Shown here piece after piece: positions 1 through 13,113 of a stretch of DNA of 64,000 nt (positions are counted from its first letter, which is position 1; every line of letters starts with the position of its first letter). Under the pieces are notes generated by a model that was given only the letters and a program-made list of their open reading frames with translations, ran no database searches and was not told the origin of the DNA. The translations under genes were made by a program, and so were the position numbers. This DNA is from Antedon mediterranea (Eukaryota > Animalia > Echinodermata): the NCBI RefSeq assembly GCF_964355755.1, contig NC_092672.1, forward strand, positions 4,712,001-4,776,000, given 5' to 3'.

Positions 1-1374
1 ATTATGATGACGAATAATTTGCCTACCAACATAATAGTATTAGGCCTATTCATAAATATCAGTAGTTAGCTTAAAATGTTTTTCACCTAATTTATTTGTA
101 AAGGAACAAACATTAAACTGGACATTTCACATTTAATACCTTATAAAACGATTTTGTTTACATCAACTAGCCTAATTACAATCGTAAACAATCGCAAACC
201 CCTAGTGTACGGCCCCCCAGAGGGGGTTTTGTTGGCACAGTTCTGACTTGCCCAATTTGATTCAATTAAAATAGACAAATACAAAAATATTTTATCTAAT
301 TTTATTGGCATTCTTCCACCACAACGACCTATTTATTTACATTTTACATTTCCCTGATATATTATTAAATTTAGTTCTTTCCTATTCATTAATTAGCTTT
401 ACATGATACAAGTATGTTTGTATTTACTGCTCTGAGGCGCAGACCTTAATGCTGTGTTTGGAAACACACACACACATGGTAATTTAAATATAGGCCTACA
501 AATTATAATATCAAAAAATGATTTTGAACGAAACTATATATTTAGGCCTATACAAAAAAAATATCAATCAATAGATGGACCTAGGCCTTTTAAATTAAAC
601 AATTTATATTGCTGGTACATGTGGTCCTGGGACTAAATTTCTAATTTCTCATAGGCCTATAATCCAAAAATATTTCATAAGTTATATACCAGACTCAAGC
701 CTATAATAACATTATTTAAAATCATGATTTAGTAGTCATAGGCTCCAATGAATTAAGAATTTTTTTATAACAATACATTGTATATTGTTGTGGTTAGGTA
801 TACTCAACTTGCGGGTTACTGATAATACTATTTCCCAATTGAATCGTTTATGTATTTTTTGTAATGTTTGACCTAAATGAAATAATTGATTGATTATCCG
901 ATTTGCTTTTAATAGCGCCCTTGCTACAAAGAAGAACGAATTTGATTGAATGTCTAAATATAGAAAGATGTGAAGGAATTATCAATTTAATGTGTAGGCC
1001 TACTCAAACAAAGTTTACGAAAGTCCAAATATAGAATGAAGCGTTAAGGAATTAACGAAGTAATGTAGGCCTACTTAAAGTTTATAATACAATCGTGTAG
1101 GAGGTGATGATGGGTGACGACTAAAATTAGCTAGGCAAGCCCTTGCGGTTTTCAGTTACTAACTGTTCTATTTATACATCTCTCCGTTTGTTTTGTTTGA
1201 GGGGTTTTTTTTTGGCAACTCAATAAGAATGTTTTATAGGTGGTGAAGGCTGTAAAGGTATTTTGAACTTTAATAAAGTTTAGGATGGGATCATAAAATA
1301 ATTATACAAAGTACCCCGAAAATAAAAATAAAACATAATTTGTAATGTTTATTCTTATTATTTCGCTTTTTCAG

Positions 1375-4300
1375 GAAACTACAGATTGCATTAACAAAGT
1401 GCGTTTAGCTGTCGGAAATGGATTGGGGGCAGACATTTGGCAAGAAGTGAAAGAACGTTATGCAATTGATCAAATCGTAGAGACGTATGGTGCTACGGAA
1501 AGCAACTTTGGCATCATGAATATTGTAAACAAACAAGGCTCCGTTGGCTGCTGGCCACCGTTATTGAGGGTAAGGTTAAAAACTTAAACCATCGTGTCCC
1601 CCTTCTTTGAAAAGCGTTTGAGGCAACTTCCCCCACCCCCCAAAATCCCAATTTCACCCCCCCCCCCTAAAATCCCATTTTCACCCCCACTTCCACCCAA
1701 TATACAGTATCCTTTATGCAAATAGGTTACGTAACAAATTATTTAGCCTAATCATAAGTCCGTGGTTTAAGTACGATGATGCCACACATTCATGCATATA
1801 GACATTTAAAAGTTTTAGAAAACTTGATTTGGATGTTCGTGTTTATATTGCTATATATCAATATTATTCATAATAAATTTAAATAAAAATTAAATTAGGC
1901 ACAGAGTTATAATTTAAAAGTTTAAGCAGTAAAAGTATAATATTTATATCACTATTTCGTTTTTTTAGACATTTTGTCCAATTGAACTGATAAGATATGA
2001 TTATGAAACAGCACAACCAGTCAGAGACGAAAAGGGCCGTTGTATCCGGGTCGCTCCTGGTACGTAGGCCTATCCTTAAACTTACTTATTTTTAGACATA
2101 ACTTATTTTATTTTTGTATAAACCTTTATACACAAAAAAAGCAATTGAGACTAAAGCTTGGTTCCCACTAGAGATGCAACGCAATGACGTAAAGGCAACG
2201 CAAGTGTGTTGACCAATGACAAGCGACAGTTCAAATAATTCATCACTTGTGTTTTTACACGTATACGATAGTATAACTTCATAAAAAAACATCTGCTAGT
2301 CTAAACATACGTACATCTGTATTTTGTTTCAAGTCTATAGACTTTGCCTTTTTCACTCTTCTCTCACAGTATCTTTGAGTAAAAGTCAACTAATTATCGG
2401 CCATACAAAGTAAAATTTGTTCCTATCTTGTCTATTGGGATTCATTTGTTTTAAATACAAGATGTGAGTAATCGTTAAAAGTCTCAACTTTGTCATGGTC
2501 CCTAGAGTTGGTCCCATCCACTCTCCCACAACCATACGTTATTATAAACAGCAATCCCGACTCGTTTGTTGACTCAATTACAACAACATCTAGCAATAAT
2601 GTTCTGAATTATATATAAAACGAATCTAATAATATGAAACGGAATAACAACAATAATAAGACAGTTGCGCAGTTATCATGAGAACATAACAATTATGCAG
2701 GATTTTAATTAATCACATCTTAATTATATAGCCTGCTCTCCATGGACCAATGGTCGCGTTCATCATTCGCACCAGAGAAAACACCCTTAACATTTAAAAG
2801 TTCTACCACACCACTCAAGGAAAATACTAATTGTTTTAAGGAAATATCTCAATTAAGGTTGATTGATCTAATTGAACAAGTTGATTTTCAACTGAAGTAA
2901 TTAAACCCGGATTATTTTTTACATAATAATCAATTATAAAAAAGTTTTTTTTTAATTATTGTAGATGAAGTCGGTCTGCTTGTCTGTCCCGTCAACAAAA
3001 TGTTTCCAGTCGAAGGCTATGTTGGAAATAAAGAATTAACAGAAAATAAATTGATAAGGAACGTTCTTCGAGAAAATGATATTTACTATAATACCGGAGA
3101 CCTTTTCATAAGAGACAGAGATCACTTTCTATACTTTAAAGATAGACTGGGAGACACATTCAGGTAAGATATATACACTATATAATATGGAACGCCAAAT
3201 GGGAATTTATTGGCGTCCAATAGTAAAATATCTCACGTCTCAATCATTATTTCTTAAATTATTAAAACAAAATTTCAATAAATGTTTTTAGTAATTTAAT
3301 GAAGAAAGAACAAGAATTAAAATACGTCAAAAGTCGAGCGGTTTTTTTGTAAGAAATATTTCTTTTTTATGTGTGTGTGTGACTCTGGTTAATAAATAAA
3401 CTCAGTCAATCAGTTCAAAACACCGAAACACACACAATCAAACTAGCCAACACGATAAGCAACTAAATAATCAACCATAATAAACATAAATAACCAACAA
3501 ACAATTTGTTCAACTTTTTAGTAAAAAATAATAATTACAATAAAGTCAATTTTATTGAGTAGTTTTTTGAGAGATTTTTTACGAGTAATCTTCTCCATAA
3601 ACTCGCCCACGAATAAAAAGTAGAACGGGAATAATAACCTTTGTTAGTCTATATATTACTGAATAACCTAATAATTTATTTTACCCTTCCACGAACAGTT
3701 TCTTGGAATGAAGCCACAACAATTAAATTAATAATAATGTTAGCTTGCAGTAGGTCTGTCGCAAGTCAATTTTGTCAAATGTTATCAAGTTGAAGTATCA
3801 AGGGGCTTAAACGATTTTTGTTAGTATTATCGTTTCCCATTGGTATCAATATACACTTAGATGAAAAGACATCGGAAATTAGATGGTTCCAATTAGTTGT
3901 GGTAAATTTAGAGAAGTTCATTTGGAGTGGACTGTAACCAGTATGACCTTGATTTAAAAAAAACCCAGCTGATTTGTATTCATTGTATAAAAGAAATACG
4001 ATAGAACCCTTATTAAGAAGACGCCTTCCGGACCCAACAAAGTGAACCTTCAATAGAGGTGTTCCTAAATCGGAGTTAGCCGTATATTGTTAAAATATCC
4101 TTTTGTTCGTTAAGAAGAGAGTCTCCCCTTCTACAGTAGGTGTCCTTTGAAAGGAGATTGATCTTTTATTATTCGTCTTGTTCATTATACGAAAAAGTGT
4201 CCTCTTAATCAAGGAAGAGTAACTCTGGTTAATAGAGTAACAATCTAGACAAAATTTTAATGTCTCTTAGGCTTAAGATTATGAAATCAGAAAATCAACA

Positions 4301-6890
4301 AATATCGATTGAATACATAGTTGCAGATGTTAACGATCTAATCCAGAATTATTGATACAGTGATTCAAACGATTATTTTAAATTTGAAAATTCTATGACG
4401 TTTTTTAAAATTTGTAAAATTACAAAAATCAAGAACTTTTTTATAGATTAAAAATCCCCTTCGAATTAATAATTAGATTAAACTACTTTTACGAGGCTCA
4501 AAAGATAATCGCACATCCCAAAGTTATGACGTATTCTAATATACAGTAATTTAAAAATGAAGATCTACATCGTAGATTATGATAATCCTAATCGAATTAA
4601 TAATTAGATTAAAATACTCTTAATTACGGAATGCATTGATATGGTCCTTAAAACAACACGGTAAATAAAACAGATAACAATTACATGACGTATATAATAT
4701 TTAGGAATAATTTCCCTGAAAATGGAATAATAAGTAGGTAATAACGAGGATAAACTGAAAGCTTAACCTTGAGCTCTTAAGGGATTATTCTACTAGATAA
4801 AATCACAGTATTTACTCTATAAACTATTTTTTTCAATATTTTAGAGTAATATTCAACAAGTTTGTAGAAGTTCGGTGATGTAATATTGATATCGAGAGCA
4901 TAGATTGCTGCAAAGATTTATTCTAAACAATCGATATTAATAATCAATCGATTATCATAAAACAATCGTTCACCAAAAATAACCGATGATTATACAAATT
5001 TGATAATTAATTTAAACAATCAATAATTAGTAAACAATCGATCGATAATCTTAAACAATCTAAAATCATAAGAAACAATCGATAATAATAAGCAATTGAT
5101 TATCATAAACAACCGTTAACTAAACATAATCGATAATCATAAACATTGGATAATCATAAGCAATCGATAAAAATATATATAGATAATCTATAATAATGAT
5201 AACCAATCGATAATCATAAACAATTGATTATCATTTGTGAAAATGCTCTACATTTCACACGTCATCATGTATCAATTAGTATGCATGTTTAATTTGGAAT
5301 TATATTTTATTTACAGATGGAAAGGAGAGAATGTTGCGACAACTGAAGTGTCGCAAATAATCAACGAATATGATGGTATCTTAGAAACAAATGTTTACGG
5401 CGTACATGTTACAGGTACGTAAATGATATACTTCTTCACCCGATACTCCGGATATCATTCCTGATATACTACAAGCGCACATCAGAATAAACGCACATTT
5501 TATACATAACGATCTTCCAAAGATTTTTGTTGGGTTTTTTGCCAGGTTTGATTCCCTGAGTAGATATATAATGATTATGCAACATATGGTTCTCTATATA
5601 TAGAGATCTAAATATAGACATACTATATTTATGTAAACATTAGCTGGCCTATCGGGACATAAACATGATAATGACCTTATTTAGGCCTAATGTATTTTTA
5701 TTTTTAATTCCCATTCATACCCTGTTTTACCCCTATCACATGTGTGTTAGTCATGTATACAATCATTTCTGTACCATAGCGTTACGCCAATTGAATATAT
5801 AACTAATAGGCTTAACCACCAAAATAATGTATAGGCCTAAAAGAAATGGGTAAAGCTAGCTGGAATAAGTTAATGAATTTGGCATATGACTCATGATGTT
5901 TTGTCAATATTGGTTGTTTAACTACACGTAAATATTATATTAAGACATTCCAAACATTTATTTCTCATGGGACTTCTCAACGTCCCCCCTACGTATTTAT
6001 CTTATTTTGTATAAAATGTATTTAATGGTGTGTAGGTTGACTTTTATAAGAGGCTATTTATGTAAATATTTATTTTCTAACGCCCACTGATTTCATGTGT
6101 TTTCGATGGTCCCAAATGGCTCCTCAAATACACTCGATAGGCAACCATTTTCCTAGCCCACTATACACGCACCACAATTTATTTATACTGCACAAATATT
6201 TATTCTGTAACAAGCTCTCACGACATATATTCATATTTGCTGAACTATAAATGACCCTGAGGCGCGTTTTATATCTATCTAAAATTGTTTCAATTCATCA
6301 GTACCTAGTATAAGTGGCTTATCTAAGATATTGAAATTAGGGGTCCGTGGGCGAGGTCATTGACGAGGTACATTGTGAACGAAATTAAGTGTTGAACTTA
6401 ACATAATGTCCTATATTTTTGCTCGGTAATCTACAAAATACCCCCCCCCCCCCACCAACAAACCCCTCCGCCAATCCTAGTTTATTATTACCGTACTCAT
6501 TACGCCCCCAATTACTTGATTGCACTCATTTTTCGTAAGTTTAAATAGTTGAAATGTATTTATGAATAATAATTCATTTTAGGTTGCTGCGGTAAAGCTG
6601 GAATGGCAGCCATCATCATGAAGCCCCAGTGTGCCATCGATCCCGAAAGATTATTTCATCATGTGACAAAATCACTTCCCAACTACGCATGTCCACGCTT
6701 TATTCGTTTGATGACGTCAATGGAGCATACGTGCACTTTCAAACAAAAGAAAACGCAGTTGGTCCAAGAAGGATTCGACCCAGAACTTATCTCAGACCCT
6801 CTTTATTTTATGGATGATTTGCAACAAAGGTACATACGCCTGGACCCGTCTCTCTACTTGAAAATTACAAATGGTGGTCTTAGACTCTGA
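1375..6890 (+). CDS. SLC27 family (FATP / very-long-chain acyl-CoA synthetase), 3' part; exons 1375-1569, 1969-2059, 2965-3163, 5317-5414, 6583-6890; 5' exons lie upstream of the window
   Basis: Spliced translation contains [78 protein letters not shown] and [16 protein letters not shown], all FATP motifs. All junctions are GT-AG and in frame (891 nt). The paralog (SLC27A2/6-like versus others) cannot be assigned. Confidence 0.95.
4920..5235. repeat. Degenerate ~17-bp repeat AAACAATCGATAATCAT in a FATP intron
   Basis: Repeated CAATCGAT(A/T)ATCATAAA modules. Confidence 0.75.
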
Positions 6891-9800
6891 GAAATTATGT
6901 TGTTTTTCATATATATTTACAACATACCTGTAACGAACTTGTACATTATGTATATATGATACATCACTTAAGGTATTTTTATATTTTCGTTATCAAAACG
7001 ATCATAGTAAATATTGAATCCGTCCAACGTTTTAGTTTCTTATAACCGAATTATGACGTCAACAAGACCTATTCAGGACACTATGTTTTGTTTATAGTAT
7101 TGTAGTATACAACAAAAAATACAGTATATTTAAATAGATAAAAATGTACACAGTTAGATATATTGTCCATAGTATAAGGTTACCGGTGCTCTTGGGGTTT
7201 AAATGATTCGACAGTTTTTTTTTTCAACTGAAATATAAATAGTTATATGTGTGACTTAACGTTAAAGAGTATTTGTAAAAACCGTGTCGATCATCGCTGC
7301 AAAAATGTATATATATCAACAAGGGCTCGTTCAGGCTGTTTTACCCGGTTTAAGTTGGTGTCCAAAAAATCGCTAACTTTGGTGGGTAGGTTAAGCGTGG
7401 TTCCCACTAGAACGCAACGCAAGGACGTAGGCGCAACGTAAGCGAGTTGACCAATCACAAACGATGGATTATTCAAACTGTCGCTTGTCATTGCGTTTCG
7501 TTCTAGTGGGAACCAAGAATTACCCGGGTAAATATAACTGAGACTGATATGTCGTGTAGGCCTACCTATTACCAATTTGTTTAATCATTTGCTGCAAAAT
7601 AACCATAATGCTGAAATTAAAATTTACTTACTTTATTTGTTTGCACAAATGCTGCAAAATATCAGAAACTGTATTGACTATAAATTTGTATCTTTATTTT
7701 GAATTTGTGCACATTAAACTATAATTTGGCCCTTAAGTTTTCTCATTGTGTTTGAAATTTCGTTGTTTTGGGACAACGCATATAATAATATTACTTAGTA
7801 TCAACATATTTAGTTAGAAAATAACTATGAATTGTGAAGTAATTCATAACATTTTTAAGCAAATAATTTTAGTTAAATAATATTATTTAATCGAAATCTG
7901 AATTGTGAACGCTGTTTTTACAGTAGTTTTGACGTAGATTTCGTTCTGTTTGTAACGATTTATTTAATATATATGACTTTTTTTGTTTACTTTGGAGACA
8001 AACATACAAAATAATGTGCAGTATAGCCAAACCAAACGTATGTCGTGCCTGTGTTTTATTAAAATTAATATTTATCATCAACCGTCTGTTTTTACAATTT
8101 TTTTTAGCATGCGCATGTTCCTTAGCAGTTTATATGTTCACTGTTTCTATAGTTTTTAAGATATATCGCCGAAGAGTTAAAGAATGGAACGTACTCAACA
8201 TATTAGGCAATCAATATTGTAAAGACACGTCCTCCAGTAATCGCATAACAATCATATTTATTGATTTATTTAATCATTTAGCATCCATTCAACAATACAT
8301 TTAAAATACAAAGGAAAAATACAACAATTGGAATAGTAAAATTGAATAAAACCAAAGTGAATGGATGCAAGGACGACTCATAAAATCGACAAGTCAATTT
8401 ATTTCAAATGGGGTCCATTGCAAGATAAATCGGAGGAGGAGGAGTAAACATTCCAGGAATATGTTGAAAAATAACACATCTAAAACATTCTATACAATCA
8501 ATTACTATCTGATTGTCTATAACGATCTAAATGTAAAACAAAATGTACAGACAGTACTTACACTACCTGCCTTCAACTTGAATCAACTATTTCTGTACAG
8601 ACTCCGCACGTTTACTTATTTGTTTCCATAGCCTGTATGTTAATTTCCTACCATTATGCTAATCACATACCAATGACCCTACAATTGACGGCACTTTTGT
8701 TGAAAGCTATATGAAGCAATTGATACAGTATAACGTGTTTGTGTGCATAGGTTCGATTCCAACATTATTCAATATCACCATCATCATCTTCCTATACTGC
8801 ACAGAACCTCATATTCGCACATGGATTGGTCACATTTATGCAGCTGGTGGGCTTCCTAATTTTTTCTTAAATTTTGTGTTCCATACGTTTCATATAATTA
8901 TTTTTTTAAACTTTTTTATTATTTTTTTACAAGATACATTATACATTTATTCACAATTACATTTACAATATTTAATATTAATATTTAATATTTAACCAAA
9001 AGAAGCGAGTGCTTGTCAGTTTGGTAACCATTTAAATGCATTTAATGTACGGTACATAATATGGCAGACAACATTCAACAAAAATTATGTAAAAAAAAGT
9101 AAAAACATTGGTCGCCCATATAATACCATTTTTTACGAAGATACTAGATTGTTGTAAGTAGTTTTCAAACCTTCCCAGTAAAATTCCAGTAATTTGAAAT
9201 AACGAACAAACGTAGAAAAGGGTAGGCCTACCTTTAATAGATTTAACCATTACATGTATCCGTACTACTTCAAACACATATAGTTCATGAAAACAATGAA
9301 AACTTAACTTTTAAGTGAACACCAACTTCCAAAAGTCTTCCAATTATTATATTAATGTGGAAAGTCGATAATAAGCATTACATAATTGCTTGACATGTCC
9401 TATTACACGTACTGTATGTAACAAGGCTATGCTGTTGAAACAACCTTATTCAAAACAATATAAAGTTATACTTTCTACACAGTAACATTAATTTGCTTTG
9501 AAGATGCCGATACATTTTTTCTATTTATGGAAAGAAACAAGATCACAAGATAAGGCATTACTAATTGTCAACCAATCACGTAAGACCAGGCGGCATACAT
9601 CAAAGTAATTGGCAGGCAAGGGTGAGGGGAAATGCTTATATGTGACCCTAAACGTTAAGGTGTATACCATGTCCTTTGGACGAACTCACAATCCGGTAAT
9701 AAAAGCCTTGGCATTACCACTGGGGTCTAGCAAAGAAGAGAATAATTTCAACCGTTGGCAAGTCTATTGTTAGTCGTAAAAGTGTAATTGAACGGAATAC

Positions 9801-11009
9801 CAACGCACTCAATCCCATTCTACTTAAAGATGATAGCTCAATGCTACAATATCAGATGAAAAAAAACCTTTTTGTTTGCATGTATTTGTTAACGAATTTT
9901 ACCAAGAGATCAGATTTTAGGGTTCAGTAACATTGTTCAGCGATAATTTCATGGCCTAAAGAGGTCTATAACTCACCCCACACTTATATGAATTATATAA
10001 ATCATAATATGATTTACAAGAGTAAAGCAATTAGGGATCAATAGCATTGTTTCAACAAACGTCAGGGCCGAAAGGGGAGTCACAGTTAACCGAATTATAA
10101 ATTAAAAATAGACAGACAAGCCCAAAACGTTGTGCTTCATTAACATTGTTTCAGCAACAATTTTCTAAAAATTGATTATAAGAGATGCCATTTATATATC
10201 AAAGTCAAACAGAGGCATATTATATTGATCATCTTATTTAAAAATGTATACTTTTATTCACATAATAAGGCAAATACCGGAACCACACTGATGTGGACGT
10301 CACGCCTTATGGATATGACTAATGAATATTCATGTTTATTTTGTGACTTATGTAAGAACTTATGTAAGAGAGAACTATCGCAATCTGGACCAGATTAAAC
10401 TGATTTACTGCAAGAACCTTCTATTTATTTCGAATATTGATTGCAGTACCGTATATTTTATGTTTTGCAAAACTATACTTTGTGTAAAATGTTGCAATAC
10501 ATATACAGTAGGCCTACATACATTATAAAAGAATAAAATTATCACTCGCACAAGAAGTAGTGCAACCGCTTCAAGTAAGCATTTCTTTTTCTGTTTGTCT
10601 TGTTAAAAACGGCAAGAATAAAACCGAGTTCTTCAAAACCTACGATTAGTATCACTTAACATTCTTAATTGCTCACAGTTGCAGAGAATATCTCTTAATC
10701 CGTAACTAATCCTGTCTACCTATAAACTGTTGATTCACATATCTCCAGAGATCAACGGCAACACGGTAACCCTTTGAATAAAAAAATAACATCATCTTTT
10801 ACCTACCACCCTTAATACATTAAGTGATGAATGATCGTGGTGTTATTCCATAAAGTGAGAATCTGAACCGGCGATTTGAAGGTTTAGTGGTCAGAATTGT
10901 AGAAACTATGAAAGGTTATAAGATTAGACACGTTTGTTCACAATCTAGGACTAATGTAGAAATTAACATACTTATGTTTTTTGCGAGTTCAATGAAAACT
11001 TTTTTGCAC

Positions 11010-11425
11010 AAGTTGCTGTAATCGGTAAAAACTTATTGTACTTCGGTAAAACTTGTTTCACGAAGGATAAAAACTTGATTCACAAACGTAAAAACTTTTA
11101 CTTCGGTAAAAACTCGTTGCACTTCGGTAAAAACTCGTTGCACGTTAGTAAAAACTGTTTCACAAACGTAAAAACTTCTACTTCGATAAAAACTCGTTGC
11201 ACTTCGGTAAAAACTGTTTCGCCAACGTAAAAACTTGTTGCACTTCCGTAAAAACTATGTTGCATATCTCTAAAAACTTGTCGAATGTAGATAAATATTA
11301 TGGTAACACGCGTTGTATTTCGGTAAAACTTGCTGCACTTTGGTAAAACTCGTTGCACTTCGGTAAAAACTTGTTTCACGGAGTTACAGCACTGATTCAG
11401 ACAGGCAAAAACTTGTTTCGCACGG
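11010..11425. repeat. Degenerate ~21-bp repeat CACTTCGGTAAAAACTCGTTG
   Basis: Recurring CTTCGGTAAAAACT motif; it accounts for ORFs 11036-11230 and 11098-11487. Confidence 0.85.
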
Positions 11426-13113
11426 GTACATTTCGAGAATTTTATTACACATCGTAGGCAAAAGATTTGTAAAAGTACATTTTTCACGCAAGAAGAACTT
11501 GGGTAAACACTTTCTTAATAAATTAAACAAATTCTTGGTTACATTAATGGTATAGTAGTTATTTTATTTAAGCATAATATGGATTGGTAACAAAACATTA
11601 TGTATAAATACAGCCGTTTAGAGAAATTCCAGTTTTCTTACTTACGCGTAAAAATATTTACGGACATTTCAGATCAGCAACGGAAAGAATACATAGAACG
11701 AAGATCGTGATCTTGATATGAATATTATAAAAACTTAACAAAATGTATATACAATTGGGTACACATTCAAGGAAACCAATATTAAGTTTATAATTGGCCA
11801 ATATAATATTGGTGAATACGACGAATTCATGGGAAGCACCAAACATAAAAACTTATCTAAAACTAACAGTTAGCTACAAATAAATATTAATACTTTAACA
11901 CATGAAGTAAACGTAATTACGTTTGCGACCACTATGCTACAAGACAACAAATAGGCCTACAATCTTTAGTGGCGGTGCTACCGAAAAAATATAGTTTGAC
12001 TGTTGGTCTAGCTTAAGTTGCGTTCATACGCAACGCAAATGATGTGTGTATAACCATGGAGGATTTGACTAATAAAGCACAAGCGACAGTTTGCACGACC
12101 GGTAGTTTTTGATTGGTCAAATACTTAGATACGTCATCGAGTCTTATTGAGAACCACGCTTTAGTGTGAAATGTATTCTATTTTATCTAGGTGAATAAAG
12201 TAAAATTTAATTCTATTTTCCCCGGTTCTTCGGATTATCTTCGACACCGCCACTAACTACAACTAAAAATGCTGCATATATAATTATTATATAATCGCTT
12301 AATATATTAGACTTACAAAAGGATGAGTAAGTTCATTAATCTTTCCCACCTATTATTACAAAATCAATGTATAATCGGGCGAACTATGAAATTAAATAGA
12401 AAGTGTTTATTTACTGTTTTTAATACAATTTTTGTTATAAATATTTTAAAATGCATCTGGGTGCACAATCTAGGAGTTGTCTTTAGAAAAATGACCAAAT
12501 ATGGTGTTTAAATTAAATTTTAAAATATTGGATTAATGAATAATAACGAAAATAAATCTGCTTCTACATTTTATATAATCATTTAGTTATTTTTCTTTTT
12601 GAACTTCTTACTTTTAAAAAAAAAAAAAAAACCAGATATGTATCAAACCAAAATAATTATTTAAAAAAAATATTTTTGGTAAGCATGTTTGATAGATCTG
12701 TAGATGAAATGTTGATACAACAAAAACTTGTCAACATGTTCTGATTTTCTTGAAACAATGACTGTGCCGGTCAACTTTAAAGGATCAGAAGATTATTACT
12801 GTATGCTAATCATGACGATGATGTGACAATTGATGATGACGATGATGTGACAATTGATGATGACGATTTTAATTATAAAAAAAACTAATCCTAGTAAAAC
12901 TAATTATTTATATTTGACTGAAATATAATGTAAATTTCAGAATTTTGGTCATTTCTCAAAAGACTCTTCTTTTAGCATCGTTTCTTTGTTACAAGATAAA
13001 ACCAACATGATTATTTTTGGACAAGAAATGCAACTATTTGCATAAGTGCTATCCTAATAGATATCTTGCCCTTTCTGAGATATCATTCCCTTACTTAAAC
13101 ATATTGCCCTTAC

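Noticed and set aside
8250-8700. Possible decayed LINE 3' end
   Set aside because: A tail-like (TTTA)n edge is present but no convincing ORF2 peptide could be read.
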